Positions 51,122 through 63,251 of a stretch of 64,000 nt of DNA are shown one piece after another. Origin of the DNA: Fimbriosthenelais zetlandica. Taxonomy: Eukaryota. The notes under the pieces were generated by a model. That model searched no databases. It was not told the DNA's origin and was given only the letters and a program-made list of their open reading frames with translations. The position numbers and the translations under genes were made by a program. How positions within the stretch are numbered: position 1 is the first letter of the stretch; each line of letters starts with the position of its first letter. The DNA is taken from positions 46,438,001 to 46,502,000 of the forward strand of contig OZ365110.1 of assembly GCA_977030845.1 (NCBI GenBank), given 5' to 3'.

Positions 51122-54100
51122 CTAACAATAATAATGATACACAAGTGATGGCTCTTTTAGTAAGGGGCGGACATGAGCAGTATATATATGAACACATATA
51201 AGGCCGAGCTACATAAACATTGGTGTTAGGGATGGTGGACATTATGCCTTATATAAATGAAGCATCTCTATTACAAGCATTATGTTATATATCTGATGTT
51301 GCAGCATGCAGTTATAGGATGGTCCTTGTCCGGGATGATTATAAACTGAGTGATTGTTGCTGGTTTTATGTACTTGTTCTCATTTATTATTTATGAATGA
51401 TATATTAGGCTTCCGGGACAGTAGATTTATTATAGACTGGTAGCTCTGGTCCCACTGGTCTGAGAACACTAAATTAAATGACATAGCAGATAGAATTTTA
51501 GCCCTCAACAACTTTTAATTTGTTCGTGGATAGGGACAACATTGCCCAATCAAAATTATGGAAAATTCAAATCATGAGGAATATTAAAATCACGCAAAAG
51601 AAATATACATTTCACTGCAATTTAGAAATTTAATCAAAATAATGAAGAACATATTCTAGAATGGGGTCATTGCAAAAAATATCTAGTCATTATAATGTTG
51701 TACCTGTTAATTGTACTCTTTCTTGTCACAAAAACCAATTAAAAGACCTGATTTCTCTATTGGGAAACAATGTAAAGTACTAGTAAATAGCTCGCGGAAT
51801 AATGACGTACAAAACCACTATTTGTCTGAAATAATTGCGACCCTAGTCATCAACAATGCATGGCCGTTTTCCTCCCCGGAAACCACAATATATCATGGTA
51901 CAATTTGTCGGCTGATGGCCGACGGTCCTCCAACCTACAGGCGTCTAGGTGTCGGAGCAGGCGCAGGTGCGGTCAGTCTCTTTGACCTTCAGATTGGCAG
52001 CTGTGACCTTGACGTAGGGGTCACTTGGCATATTGACCAAGTCAGACACGTCCTAAATGTTTCGGCGATGAAAAATCTCACTTGGAGAGAGTCCTCGGGC
52101 ATTTCACAGGCTATTTCTTCACAAAGGTCCGGCGTAAAGTTATACCACAAATTACAGCCTTGGCAATTGCATAATTAGGCTCTGACACCCACAGCTTTGA
52201 ATCCATTAGTTTTCTATTAAAGGAGTCGGTACCCTTTGGCCATAGTAGTGGTGGCAGTCTTAGCAAAATGATTTTCTGTGAGATTTCCAGGTAAAAGAGA
52301 TATATACTTTTAGAAGGGATTAGGTTTAAAAGCTATACATGTACCACAAAATCATGAACCTATTTTGGGCTTATAAATTCCGTCAAATACAGTCAAATGA
52401 ACTATGATGACGAATTATTCTGGATTATTTTATTTTTGGCTTACATGTATATCTACTCCCAAAATAGACCCAATTTAATTATGAAAATATACCATATTAG
52501 AGCTTAGGAAAAATGAGATTACGTCACATAGAATTAATACCATGATTTAAGTCACTCTTTTGGTTAAATAAATGCCATTCTGTCAATGCCCTGGCTGTTT
52601 TGCCCTTCAAGTCCATAGCAATTCAGAATCTCACATTGTGAGCTAACTTGACATGAACGATCCTTATCAGCTCCCATTCTTTGCCTTATCCTTCACATCT
52701 TGCTTTGCCCAAGCTTCGGAATTACGTTAAAGTAGGTGCAAGCAAGATCTCTCAATTACAGAAGGGCCCTGTTTTTGAGGGGACCTGTCGAATCCGGGTT
52801 TGAGTGCAATCAGTGATCCCCACTCTGTTAAGCACTCCCTCCGCCAACTGCTGCAGAATAATATTATTGTGCAGAAACCATTTTTTCTCTTGAATGAAGG
52901 AGATACGTTCTATCCCTAAGTCAAAGATTTAAAAGTATCTTGGTTAGAGGTCCAAAACATTTTCTGGCCCTCCTAAAGAGTGCGACGAATCTGCTTGAAA
53001 TGTTGTACGAAGAACATCTCTTTGCTATACAAATGCTTCGTTGCTGTAAGCATAAAACTATGTGATGAAAATGAAAGATTATGATGAAAACTCTAAGTGG
53101 CTTTGTGTGTCTTTCGTGACAAAGACTTGAATTAGTGGCAGCCCATTAAATTCTACATGCAAGGATTAGAATTCGGCCAGCAGTACAGAGAACTTTCTAC
53201 GAAAGTGTACTTGAATTTACATAGACATATATAGATATGACACAGATATATGCTTTCTGATCTTTCTGATATTTCATGTATGCAAGAAAAAAATACTTTG
53301 AGTATATTAACTCTTCTGTGTGGAGTATTCAACGGATGAAGGGAGCATGAAAATCAATTTTATGCATTCCGAAAGTAAAATGCAGATAAGGATCTCGGTT
53401 TGTGTTCAGACTTTTGAACCCCTTCAAAGCAGCTATTCTTCAACCTTAGAGCCTTGTGCGGATTCCCCTTTTCTACTTCCCTTCACTTGATGTAATGCTT
53501 GCTTTCTCTGTTTACGATTTGGCTGGTGCTTCCCCTTAATTCGCTTTCTTTTGGAAATTTCTCCTTTGACGCTTCGCTTTGTCCTCCTTCATAATGGCGA
53601 CTGCTTGTCCCCTTTTCATGGAAAAATGTTGTTATCTGTCAAAAAGGAACGAGATTGTATCAGTACTCTTAAGGAGTCCCAGAAGACAGTCTGGGCCACC
53701 TTTATCACCGTTGGAAATATTCGAAGAAGAGGAAGTGAACCTGATGATTAAGGAAATTCAAAACTACAGAACTTTGGATTTGAACATCAATTTGAACGGT
53801 GTTCTCCAAGGTTACATTCTTATGTTTTATACCTCTTAATCTCTCTCTATCTTTCTCTGTCTCTCTCTTTTTAACATACATCCACTCGCCCACCCATCCT
53901 ATAGGCCCTTATACTGCTTTTTGAACTCATAAAATCAGTTCCAAAGTTCCAATCAGTTCCTTGAAGAGTCAACATACAGCCTTCAACCAATTTGCCCCTT
54001 CTCTCTTTTATCATCGAATATTCGCCAATCTTCCCTATCTTTCCTCATCGCATATTCTTTCAGTCAGCCCCACACTACCCCCATTGAAAACCTTTAACAC

Positions 54101-54757
54101 ACAAGATTGCCCACTATACATTCATGGTAAAAAGATCCCTTGCATGTAGGTGCGCTTTTTACTCATCTTCTAGAAATAACTCCCCGTTTATCTTTATCTC
54201 TAGAAACATGGACCTTTAATATTTCCTATTTACATTATACACACAGTGTGTATGATGTGTGTTCAGGGAAATCTATTGCCAATTGCCCAATTTGGAATCG
54301 GGACACACCTTTGATCGCACCAAAACTTTTCACTTTTTAAAGTATATAAAACTTTATAAAGTCTAGAAAAGTATCTACACCATTGATGACACCGTTTTTC
54401 GGTTTTGCTGCGACTTTTCATAGAATTTGTATAGTCTTTTTATGGGATTTTATAGGAGCGCGACTGAGAAACCGCTTAGGTGTGTCCCCACCATAAGTTT
54501 ATCAGCGCAGTGGCGCCCAGGTATTGTATGATAGACCAGGATGGGAGGAGAATAGGATGAAGTGGGAAGCTGAAGTTGTCTGTAGGATGAGGTGGAGGTG
54601 TTTTGATGGGTAGGCGGGTAATCACCTTGTCCATGGAGCCATGGAGCATGGAGAATGGCCCTGTCATTGGTAGAGGGTGAGGAGGGCGTGGTCCCCAACC
54701 CCTGCTATCCCGGGGCCGCACATGCTTCCTCCCTATAAAGCCTGGAACACACTAATC

Positions 54758-54923
54758 TGATTCTCCAAACCGCCGCCATCCTTACCCCCATTTATAATGG
54801 CATCCAATGATTGAAATTTTGTCAGTGGTTAGCCTTACCTAGGTGTAAAGGTCTGATCAAATTATAAGCATTTGATGTGAAAAGAAATATAGTTTCGAAC
54901 AATTATCAGATGGAATAGAGCCT
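54758..54923. mobile_element. Older diverged copy of the 55.3-kb MITE, in opposite orientation
   Basis: The 37-nt core at 54815-54851 matches the reverse complement of 55367-55403 with 3 mismatches. The ends are degenerate. Confidence 0.75.
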
Positions 54924-55300
54924 ACGTAAAGAACAATCATTCTGCAATATTGCATAATGAGGAACATTCACTGGGTCTAAAATGCCTAAAATAATCTAAC
55001 ATTCTCTGGTTGATCCTTTTCCTATTCATATTGCACACATCCTCAAGCTCTGCAATGCCTTTAAAAAAGGTCAACCGTTGTGTTACTACATACATATACA
55101 CCACGGGGATATGGACCTACCCACTGAGACCCCTGGCGTTACAGAAACACGAATACTGACCCCTCCTGTAATCCTGCCCTACCTGTCTGACTCGCCTCCT
55201 AAATCCTGCCCCCTGTCCACAGGAATCCTCACTAACATCACTCGGCAATAAGCAGTAAATTGAACTTTTTCTTTTTGACCTAGATCGAGAGTCCGACATA

Positions 55301-55464
55301 TAGGCGATTCTCCAAGCGATAGCAGCGCAAAACTATATCACAGCCAATGCTTGTAATTTTAACAGTCCTTTGCACCTAGCTAAGGCTAATCACTGACAAA
55401 ATTAAAAGCATTGGGTGTAACTTGAAATATAGTTTCGCGCAGCTATCGCTTGGAGAATCGCCTC
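55301..55464. mobile_element. 164-bp MITE with long TIRs and TA flanks
   Basis: AGGCGATTCTCCAAGCGATAGC.GCGC.AAACTATAT at both ends (inverted). TA at 55299-300 and 55465-66. Confidence 0.9.
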
Positions 55465-56161
55465 TATGCGCCCCAGGCTTTAGACATTTTGCCTACTTTA
55501 CAGGTATATAGGTCCTATAGCTTGCAGGGCTACCCTGATTAGATCCCTGCGGTGAAAGAAGCGATTAAAACATTGCATGCTGATGACATGGTGCATGTGC
55601 ACACATGTATCAATCGATATTTATGGCCATTTGTGATGTATATTTCCAGCCAATTCAATTACAGAAAATGCAAGAGGTGCCCCGACCTCTGCTGAAGTTG
55701 GTTTCTGGTTGTATGAAACTACAGGATGCTTCAAGAATCAGTTTGGGGATTTTTGTGTCATTTCCTCTTTTTTTTTCTTGGTACATCCCATTTTTTATGT
55801 TCATGCATTTCTCTACGGTAGTTCCACTTCCTGAAATCGTCTTTATAGGTACAATTCATTGGCGAAATATTTTGGATACTGTTTGGGTGTCTGCCATTGG
55901 AACAGATTGATCTTCTGAAAGTCATTACTCCAATCTTCTCTTGGTTTTTTTTTACTGATTTTGGGAGGGACTTAAGATTTGACTTATGTTCTCAGGACAC
56001 GCATTTGGAACTCCAACATCATGCCTGTGTTCAGTATATTAAATACAAGTGTCCTACTCATCCCTGTGCCCATAGATATAACACTGATGAGTGTGATTGA
56101 CTCCCTGTGAGCTCCATCTATCCATCAGCCCTTCCTCCAGCTAGGTGAGAACCTTCTCCAG

Positions 56162-56244
56162 GCTTGGGATATATACTGGAGGTACAAGGCCCAGTGTGGG
56201 GCCATACTAACGGCCTACACACAACTCAGGGGCTCGAGACCCAG
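56162..56244 (+). CDS. Candidate exon (phase 0 to 2) AWDIYWRYKAQCGAILTAYTQLRGSRP, a possible continuation of the Ig domain
   Basis: Acceptor gaaccttctccag, donor CAG|gtgaga, phase-compatible with 39946-40082, Trp-containing C-strand-like segment. Confidence 0.3.
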
Positions 56245-56579
56245 GTGAGAATATCTGGTTATTTGATTCCACCCCAGCCTTTATGCAAACCCCAGGACCC
56301 GTCCCTAGAACCCATCTATTTCCCAGACCTGAAAACCCTCTTACTGAGATGTATGGGTAACGGGTTATGATTTATACTTTTTCTGTTCTTACTGTATGGG
56401 TTGACTAAGGAGTGCTACCATGTTCCAGGTCCAATATTATTTGGATTTTTGTAGAGATTACATGCAAATGTAGGATTGTAGTTGTATATTTATTATTGCA
56501 TATAGTTTCAACAGGTTGCATGATTCAGAAATGATGTATATGCTCCAACCATTTCGGTAATTAGAAAAATGACGTTCAT

Positions 56580-56622
56580 CCCCCCTCTGCCCTCTTGCTT
56601 TCTCTCTCCATCCCTGTTCCCA

Positions 56623-56659
<37 letters not shown>

Positions 56660-56700
56660 CCTCCCTCCCTCCCCCCCCCCCTCTCTCTCTCTCTCTTCCC
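56580..56700. repeat. (CT)n/poly-C microsatellite
   Basis: Direct reading. Confidence 0.95.
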
Positions 56701-57097
56701 GTATAGTTCCATGCACTTGACAATATGCCAATATTTATAATAATTTCAATGTCCAGACAGTCTGGAGTAAATATAATAATATGAAAGTATTTGATGGGAG
56801 AATATTTGCCCTCATCATGTATAATCAACCTATATAGACCAAACACTGCAGGTGAGGTATGTATGCTGAATGATATTTAATGTATAGGGTTTCACTTTAT
56901 GACTACCTATATAGATGATAGACTCATGTACAGTGACGTCCGTCCCATATGGATTGTGTCCCCTTGCAGACGGATTGCATTTTCTCCCTTCACAATTTAT
57001 ACATCATGGCAAGTCCAAACCACAGTGACATATCCCATTAAACCTAATCATATACCACCTTGCCTGTGGGATCAATTCCAACCGCATTCATTTTCAG

Positions 57098-57109
57098 GCC
57101 TCCCTGGGG
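57098..57109 (+). other. Candidate 12-nt microexon GCCTCCCTGGGG
   Basis: Acceptor gcattcattttcag, donor gtgagt, frame-preserving length. Confidence 0.25.
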
Positions 57110-57835
57110 GTGAGTGGTATTTAGATGACTTCTACATCATAATGATCATAGCATGAAGGCTTCTTGAGAGGGAGAGACACACCTATGGGTGGCAAGGCTG
57201 TGAAATCAATCAGAATAATATGGTGCAGTCTTCTTACTAGTGTCTGAGTCCATTCAAAGGTTCAGTGAAAACTAGTTTTACCTCTCGCATTACCCCAACC
57301 TTCAACCTTCGTAGGGCCAACCACACGTCTTAATTAACAACGGAAATGCCCGAGGAATGCACACTCAATTGAGGAGAGAGAAAAGGTGTAATGGTCCGAT
57401 TCAAGACAATCAAGAAAAGGATACTTTTTCTATAAGTGAGAGCCTATTCGAATAGGGAGGCTAATATGATATGGATGGAATGGGAGAGTAAAAGTAACGG
57501 TATGGGTAGATTGGTTGGGAAGAGGGAAGCCAGGGTGAGTCAACGTCAGGTTAACTTTTCATGTGTTCCATGTGAGGGACTTGTCATACGCAATAATGGA
57601 TGTCATACACTTTATTGACTAAATTGGTTCCTCCTTTCCTTTTGCGTATCAAACTAAGACTTTGAAGACACAAACTTTAGTGCGTTTATGTCCCATGTCC
57701 ACCGAGCCGTTTTCCGGAACTTGCCGAGGTCGACCTGCGAATGTCTCTCTCAGGCGATTCTGTTGACATTTCTGCTGACATTTTTATGGTCACAACTGCC
57801 ATATCTATCACACCCCTTGCAAATAGAACACACTA

Positions 57836-58829
57836 CAGTGCACCCTCGCTATACCGCCCCTCGGTATACCGCCACCCTCGCTTACCGCCATGCTTTTACC
57901 CAGAACGGATTTCCGCCCATGTTATTTCCCTCGATAAAGCGCCACCCTCGCTTTCCGCCATCCGCCATGTTATTTGGGGGACGAAAAGTCCTCCTCACCT
58001 CGTTATACCGCCACTGGTGACGATTTTCTACCTGGCTTGTTACAACAAGCTAAGAGATTAAGGGGCGGGCTATTGCTAAACAAACATGTGGCGGCGTCTC
58101 TGTACCAACACCCTTTCATTAATCGAGACAAGCCTCACTTGATATCATTTTTAGACGGCAGTTAAAGATCACCAGATAATTTATAGCCTATATGAGTTAC
58201 TAAGACATAATCCCTAATGATTAAAATGATGACAAATCTTTTATGTTATTCTAATTCTACAAATAGTATTTTAAAACTAGCTAGGAATAATCCAATATTC
58301 ATTCATTTTGGCGCTCTAATTCTCCATACAAATTTACACAAAATCAAACAAATAAGAATTCAAAGAATTTGGGAATTAAAGAAATATCTTTTTTTTTTAA
58401 CATGCTTTGGTCATTCACCATAATTATATTAAACTCAGTTCTGTTAACGATAGATATGTAGAGATTTAAAACAATATTTAAACAATATTTGAAACCATAT
58501 CATTCAGGAACTTGCTTTAAATTGTTTAATTGATGAGCCCCAATTTCCTAAAACCACATCTCCAAGGTTTAATAGTGGTACTATTTTCTCTATTTTTTAG
58601 ATTTAGACGCATATTCTACATTTGGAAAGATCATTCTTTTCAATTTACAAATTAAAGGCTATGCGAGTTAATATATTTTACTTTAAATTATTATACATTT
58701 AGGCCTACTAACATGCATACATGTACAATGTATTACGTAAGAGATTTGCCATTTCGCTATACCGCCACCCTCGCTATACCGCCACTTTTGGCTAGGTACC
58801 AAAGGTGGCGGTATAGCGAGGGTGCACTG
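57836..58829. mobile_element. Non-autonomous Tc1/mariner(pogo)-type element, 994 bp
   Basis: Perfect 23-bp TIR CAGTGCACCCTCGCTATACCGCC, TA on both flanks, internal repeats of CCCTCGCTATACCGCC. No transposase ORF. Confidence 0.92.
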
Positions 58830-59200
58830 TATAGGCGCCCCTTGCAAAATGCAAGGTCCTGTTATTGCAGAACTTTACAAATGCAGCAGATTTGCCAGCC
58901 ACGGCAGTGGAGGTACCCCTCACAACTGACGCACCTCAGTGGGTATGGGGCTCCATAATGTTAACTTGCAAAGTTATATGCATACACGATGTTATATTAA
59001 ATACTGCCAGTTCTTTTGCATTGGAGTAACTGCCTGAAATCGGAGTTGAAACTCACATAAAAATTGAATTCTCAAAACATGTAAACAATTATATAATACC
59101 ATAGCCAAGAGATAAGCAAAGTGTCTGGTATAAGCATAATGTCAAGCAAACTGATATTTAGACTGAAAGTAAACTTCTTTCATCCATCAACTCATCGCAG

Positions 59201-59259
59201 ATGCTCAGCCCTCACGAGTAGCTCGGCCCTCCCTATTATAGCACTCGCCACCATGGAAG
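59201..59259 (+). CDS. Candidate exon, either internal (CSALTSSSALPIIALATME) or start-codon exon
   Basis: Acceptor catccatcaactcatcgcag, donor AAG|gtaaag, contains GCCACCATGG (ATG at 59253). Confidence 0.35.
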
Positions 59260-61025
59260 GTAAAGCTGTGATCTTACCCTATACAAATTACCTTCAATTC
59301 ATCCTCATCACAGGAGAATAAGAAAGATGTTCTATCAGAAAGTTTTATTGCTTGGTAGATCAGGGTTGCTTATATACATTGTAGGATTCTCGTGATCTCT
59401 CCACATATCTCAAGTGTTGAAGGTAGTTGTCTCTCTCTCCATCTCTCTCTCCCTAGCTTCTTTTAATTATTGTGTCTGATTATTCAGATTGAATCTACCA
59501 TATTCTTTCCTGTAAACGCCCCCATGCAGATGTTCGGGCGCAGCTTTAAGCCTGGAACACATGAATCCGATTTTCCATCCGATAGCTCTCTGATTCAATA
59601 TATCTGTTATATATGGCACCCACTGCTTGTAATTGTTACTGCCCTTTACACCAAAGGCAACAACTGAAACCATGTCAATAATTAGATGTCATTAGAAACG
59701 GGGAATCGGATGGCTCATGAATGGCCCGATGTTTATAAGATGCGTAATCGTGTATCCATCGGCTGTCAAAATCGGAACAGTGTGACGCAGGCATTACGGT
59801 AGACCAAACACCCAATCACCAATCACCTCCAACATACTATAGTACTAAACCATCTGATATAAGCTATAAGGAATCCCCTCAGCTTCTCCAGCCCAGGAAA
59901 AACCTTCCTCCCCACCGAGTAATTCGATAATAGACCGGTAATCTTCACTGGGCGAAATTGCTTTCCGAATCTCACAAGATAATGGAAATTGTTTGTGATG
60001 CTCCCACTAACCGCTGGAGGTCGTTTTCCTATGTCTTCGATAAGTCCTTCCCTGGTAACCGAGGGATGCTAAATGGCTGCAGCCTAAACCCCCTTGTAGA
60101 GGAAAATCAATTTCATTTTTTTTTCACTGGAGGAGGTGGTGTTTGTGATGAAGTGGCCTTGGTGAGACCCTTGTGGCACCGGCAGTAATCGTAGACCTGA
60201 CAATAGACCATGAATAAAGCATCTGTGATTTCTGAACCACCGGTCATCCGGGGACTTCACACTGACCTTGGGCCCTGACCCGGAGGTGAACAGGGAGTCA
60301 GAGTGGGCAGGCTTTAGCCTCCCAGGAGGAGGGTGGGAACAATTTGTCCGATATTATGTGCCTGCCCCTTGTTCGCCTGGGTTACCATTCCGGGGCAGAC
60401 TGGACAGGGCGGAGATTGGACTTGGGGCGGAGGGGCAGTCCACCCCGCCAATCTGGGGCCAGGATGTGGCACAACTTCCCTAACCTATACGTTCCATCAG
60501 ATGGATGATGCCCTTATCATTTTTTCTCTATCACAGCCATGTTTTATACATGATGTTTGGTTCAATATATATATCTCAAATATAACTGAGCATATAGTTG
60601 AACTTGAGTGAATTTTCATTGAGGCAGATCCATATTTTTCCTATTCCTTCTTACATAATCTAGGTCGTTGAAAATCTCATTATGAATACGAAATGAGCAT
60701 GTATCATTAATGATTTTCACTGGCTTAAAAAATGTGAGATATTTGCTTATATAATTCATAATAAGTCACTCCCTTTCAGATTCCAAAAATGACAGTCTTC
60801 CCATTAGGAACCCCTTGCACTGGTCGTTGTACAACAATGATTTAACCTATAATGGTTGTACAATGACCCACTGGTTCGACATTGGCAACATACTGTCCCA
60901 CCAGTGCAGGACTGCCTTAAGTCTGAAAGAAATTTTAAACATGCCCTAATAAATTTCGCTTAAGAAACGAGCATCTATCTCTAAGGTGCTTACTTCTTTA
61001 CCTAACTACAAAGGCATGTTCTCAC

Positions 61026-61202
61026 TTGTGGAAGTATGCAATGCCCTAGCACTAAAAACACCTCCGTGAAAAACACCCAATGCATTCCAGGCAGCCAGTA
61101 CACACATAACAGATGAGTTTTCTTGTTCCCCAGATAGACTGTCCATCCCAGCTCAAATGGATACAATCTTGGCCTAAGAGATCCCGAGTAAAAATCGCAG
61201 AC
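61026..61202 (-). CDS. Candidate 177-nt internal exon (phase 0 to 0) with a hydrophobic segment
   Basis: Acceptor ccattctctccatcccccag, donor CAA|gtgaga. Only phase 0 is open: VCDFYSG...LLCVYWLPGMHWVFFTEVFLVLGHCILPQ. Confidence 0.35.
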
Positions 61203-62440
61203 CTGGGGGATGGAGAGAATGGGTTGTGGTATAACCACTGGGATTTGAACAGTGGCTATCACATGCCTTCTTCATATCACTGTAGTGGTCATGGTTGGAT
61301 GGTGATGGGTGGGTAAGTGAATGGGTGGAATTCACAGCTGAAAGGGAAAGGGATTCCCTCAGGGATGTTATGTGATAGAGAGCCCAGGTTCTGGCCCGTC
61401 CCTGGGGGAAGTAATGGTAGCTACCAATGAAGGGTTTGTCTGGTACTGAATTTAGAAGAAAATGGAAGGTTCTTCGAGACAGAACTTCCAATATACCAAT
61501 CCATCCCATAATTTCGGATTCTGGAATATGGGTCATAGTTCTTGTGAGGTGGATTCAAAGCCCATTTATCCGAGTACATAATTATAGTCTAATGTGATGT
61601 CCAAATACAGGTTTATTCAATTGGTGTCCAATTTATTGAAATTGGCGATTCTGTTTTTTGTTTTTTTTGGGGGGTGGGGGGGGGGTCAGGGTGTTATTGG
61701 TTTTTTTTAAATCCATTTAACCCATATCCCTGCTCGGGGGAGGGGGTGGGGGCGGCTAAAGACATGGGGATTGGTTTAGGGGGAGATATACATTATAGGG
61801 AGGCTAAATGTCTTAAATATGAGATCATTATGAAATGGAATCTAGTTCTTACAAGTATCAGTTCTGCCAGCAGAATAGCAAAAGCCTACTCTCCACAAAG
61901 AATCGCCCTTTTAATAATTTAAAATCTAGGGAATTACTAATCAGGAGCACACATGCTATGGGGAAACTGTGCTCTAAACCAAGGAACCAAGACTGGATGT
62001 GTAACTATAAAAACATTGCCATAAAAACAGACTTACTTTTAAACGGCTGAAAAGACTGCGTAGTAAAATTCCTTCTTTCATGCAAACAGGATGCGGATGA
62101 CTCGCCCTGTACGGGTCGAGTCGAGCTCTATTTCTGAACAGATGAAAGACTCTTCCCAAATCCTTTGATCTTTAATCATTTCAAAAATTATCTTTTAATG
62201 GACCTCATCCTGGAAGATGATTTAGAGAGTGAAATTGTGTCTCGAGTCGGGCGCATGCGTCTTAAAAATAGCAAAAATCTGCCCCTTCAAAAGCAGGGTG
62301 AAAACAATCATGACTGCATCGTAAATCATTTGATAAACAGTGGAGCTATGGAACTCAACCTTAACCACCTGAGTGCATCTAGTTCTAATATAATGTCTTT
62401 TTTGTCCATCTACTTTACATTTTAACTCTTTTCAAGTTTT

Positions 62441-62760
62441 AAACATGATTTTGTTTATTAAAACTGAATATCCCCAGTGAAATCTAACAGAAATTTGTAT
62501 CCTCAACTTAAAACGCCCGATTTAACTTGATTTATTTCTTTTTAACTTTTAGCTCATTTCAAGTACGAAACATCATTTTGTTTATCAATACTGAATATCA
62601 AGAAGCAGAAGTGAAATGTAGCAGAAATATGTAATAACTTGAGGCATATAATTCTATAAGGTTCCCCTTGATTTCACCTACTTTTCCAACTTTAAAACAT
62701 GATTTTGTTGATCAATACTACATATCAACAATGAAAAGCGAAATCTAGAAGAAACATTCA
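62441..62760. repeat. Degenerate ~127-bp tandem repeat x3
   Basis: AAACAT(G/C)ATTTTGTT(T/G)AT...ACT...ATATC...GAAAT.TA..AGAAA recurs at ~62441, ~62568 and ~62695. Confidence 0.8.
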
Positions 62761-63079
62761 TTTTTTCTTGTTGCATCATGAAACACCATTATTAAACACT
62801 TGGCCGAGTATAACAATTGACAATAGACTCACAGTGGTGAATATCCCCTAATCAATCTGAGTTCATTACATGTTGTTGCTCGTGTATATTGCTCACTCGT
62901 TTATAACAACAATCGGGGTTGGCCACACTGGGGAGGTCTATGTCTGAGTGATGGCACAGGCGCATGCAACCCACTCGTATCCATCATGTTACGCTATTGT
63001 GCGTCTATAATCAAATTCAAGTCCCCACGTGTTTGTTGATATTCTGTATCAAAGTACACGAAAACATGGACATTTTTAC

Positions 63080-63251
63080 CTTCCGCAGTGGCCCTATAGT
63101 GTCGTCTAATGTGATGCCTTTTTTAAGCTTGGAGTTTTTTGGTATACAGCTTTTGAGGTTACTCCTGGGGCCAGTTTCAAAAGCAATATTATTAACAATG
63201 CTAAGTCTATGGCGAATATTCCTTTCGAAACAGTACCCCCGAACGGTTTGG
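63080..63251 (-). CDS. Candidate 172-nt exon (phase 2 to 0)
   Basis: Acceptor gtccgtttttgcag, donor AAG|gtaaaa, open frame QTVRGYCFERNIRHRL...DDTIGPLRK. Confidence 0.25.

Noticed and set aside
51711-52178. 155-aa plus-strand ORF
   Set aside because: No domain pattern or convincing splice sites. It overlaps TGACCTT-rich sequence typical of dispersed repeats.
53681-53751. KTVWATFITVG resembling a Dpr-like C strand
   Set aside because: No polypyrimidine tract, and the frame ends in a stop without a donor.
57100-57140. WYLDD resembling a reverse-transcriptase catalytic motif
   Set aside because: No upstream QG-type motif or any other RT context.
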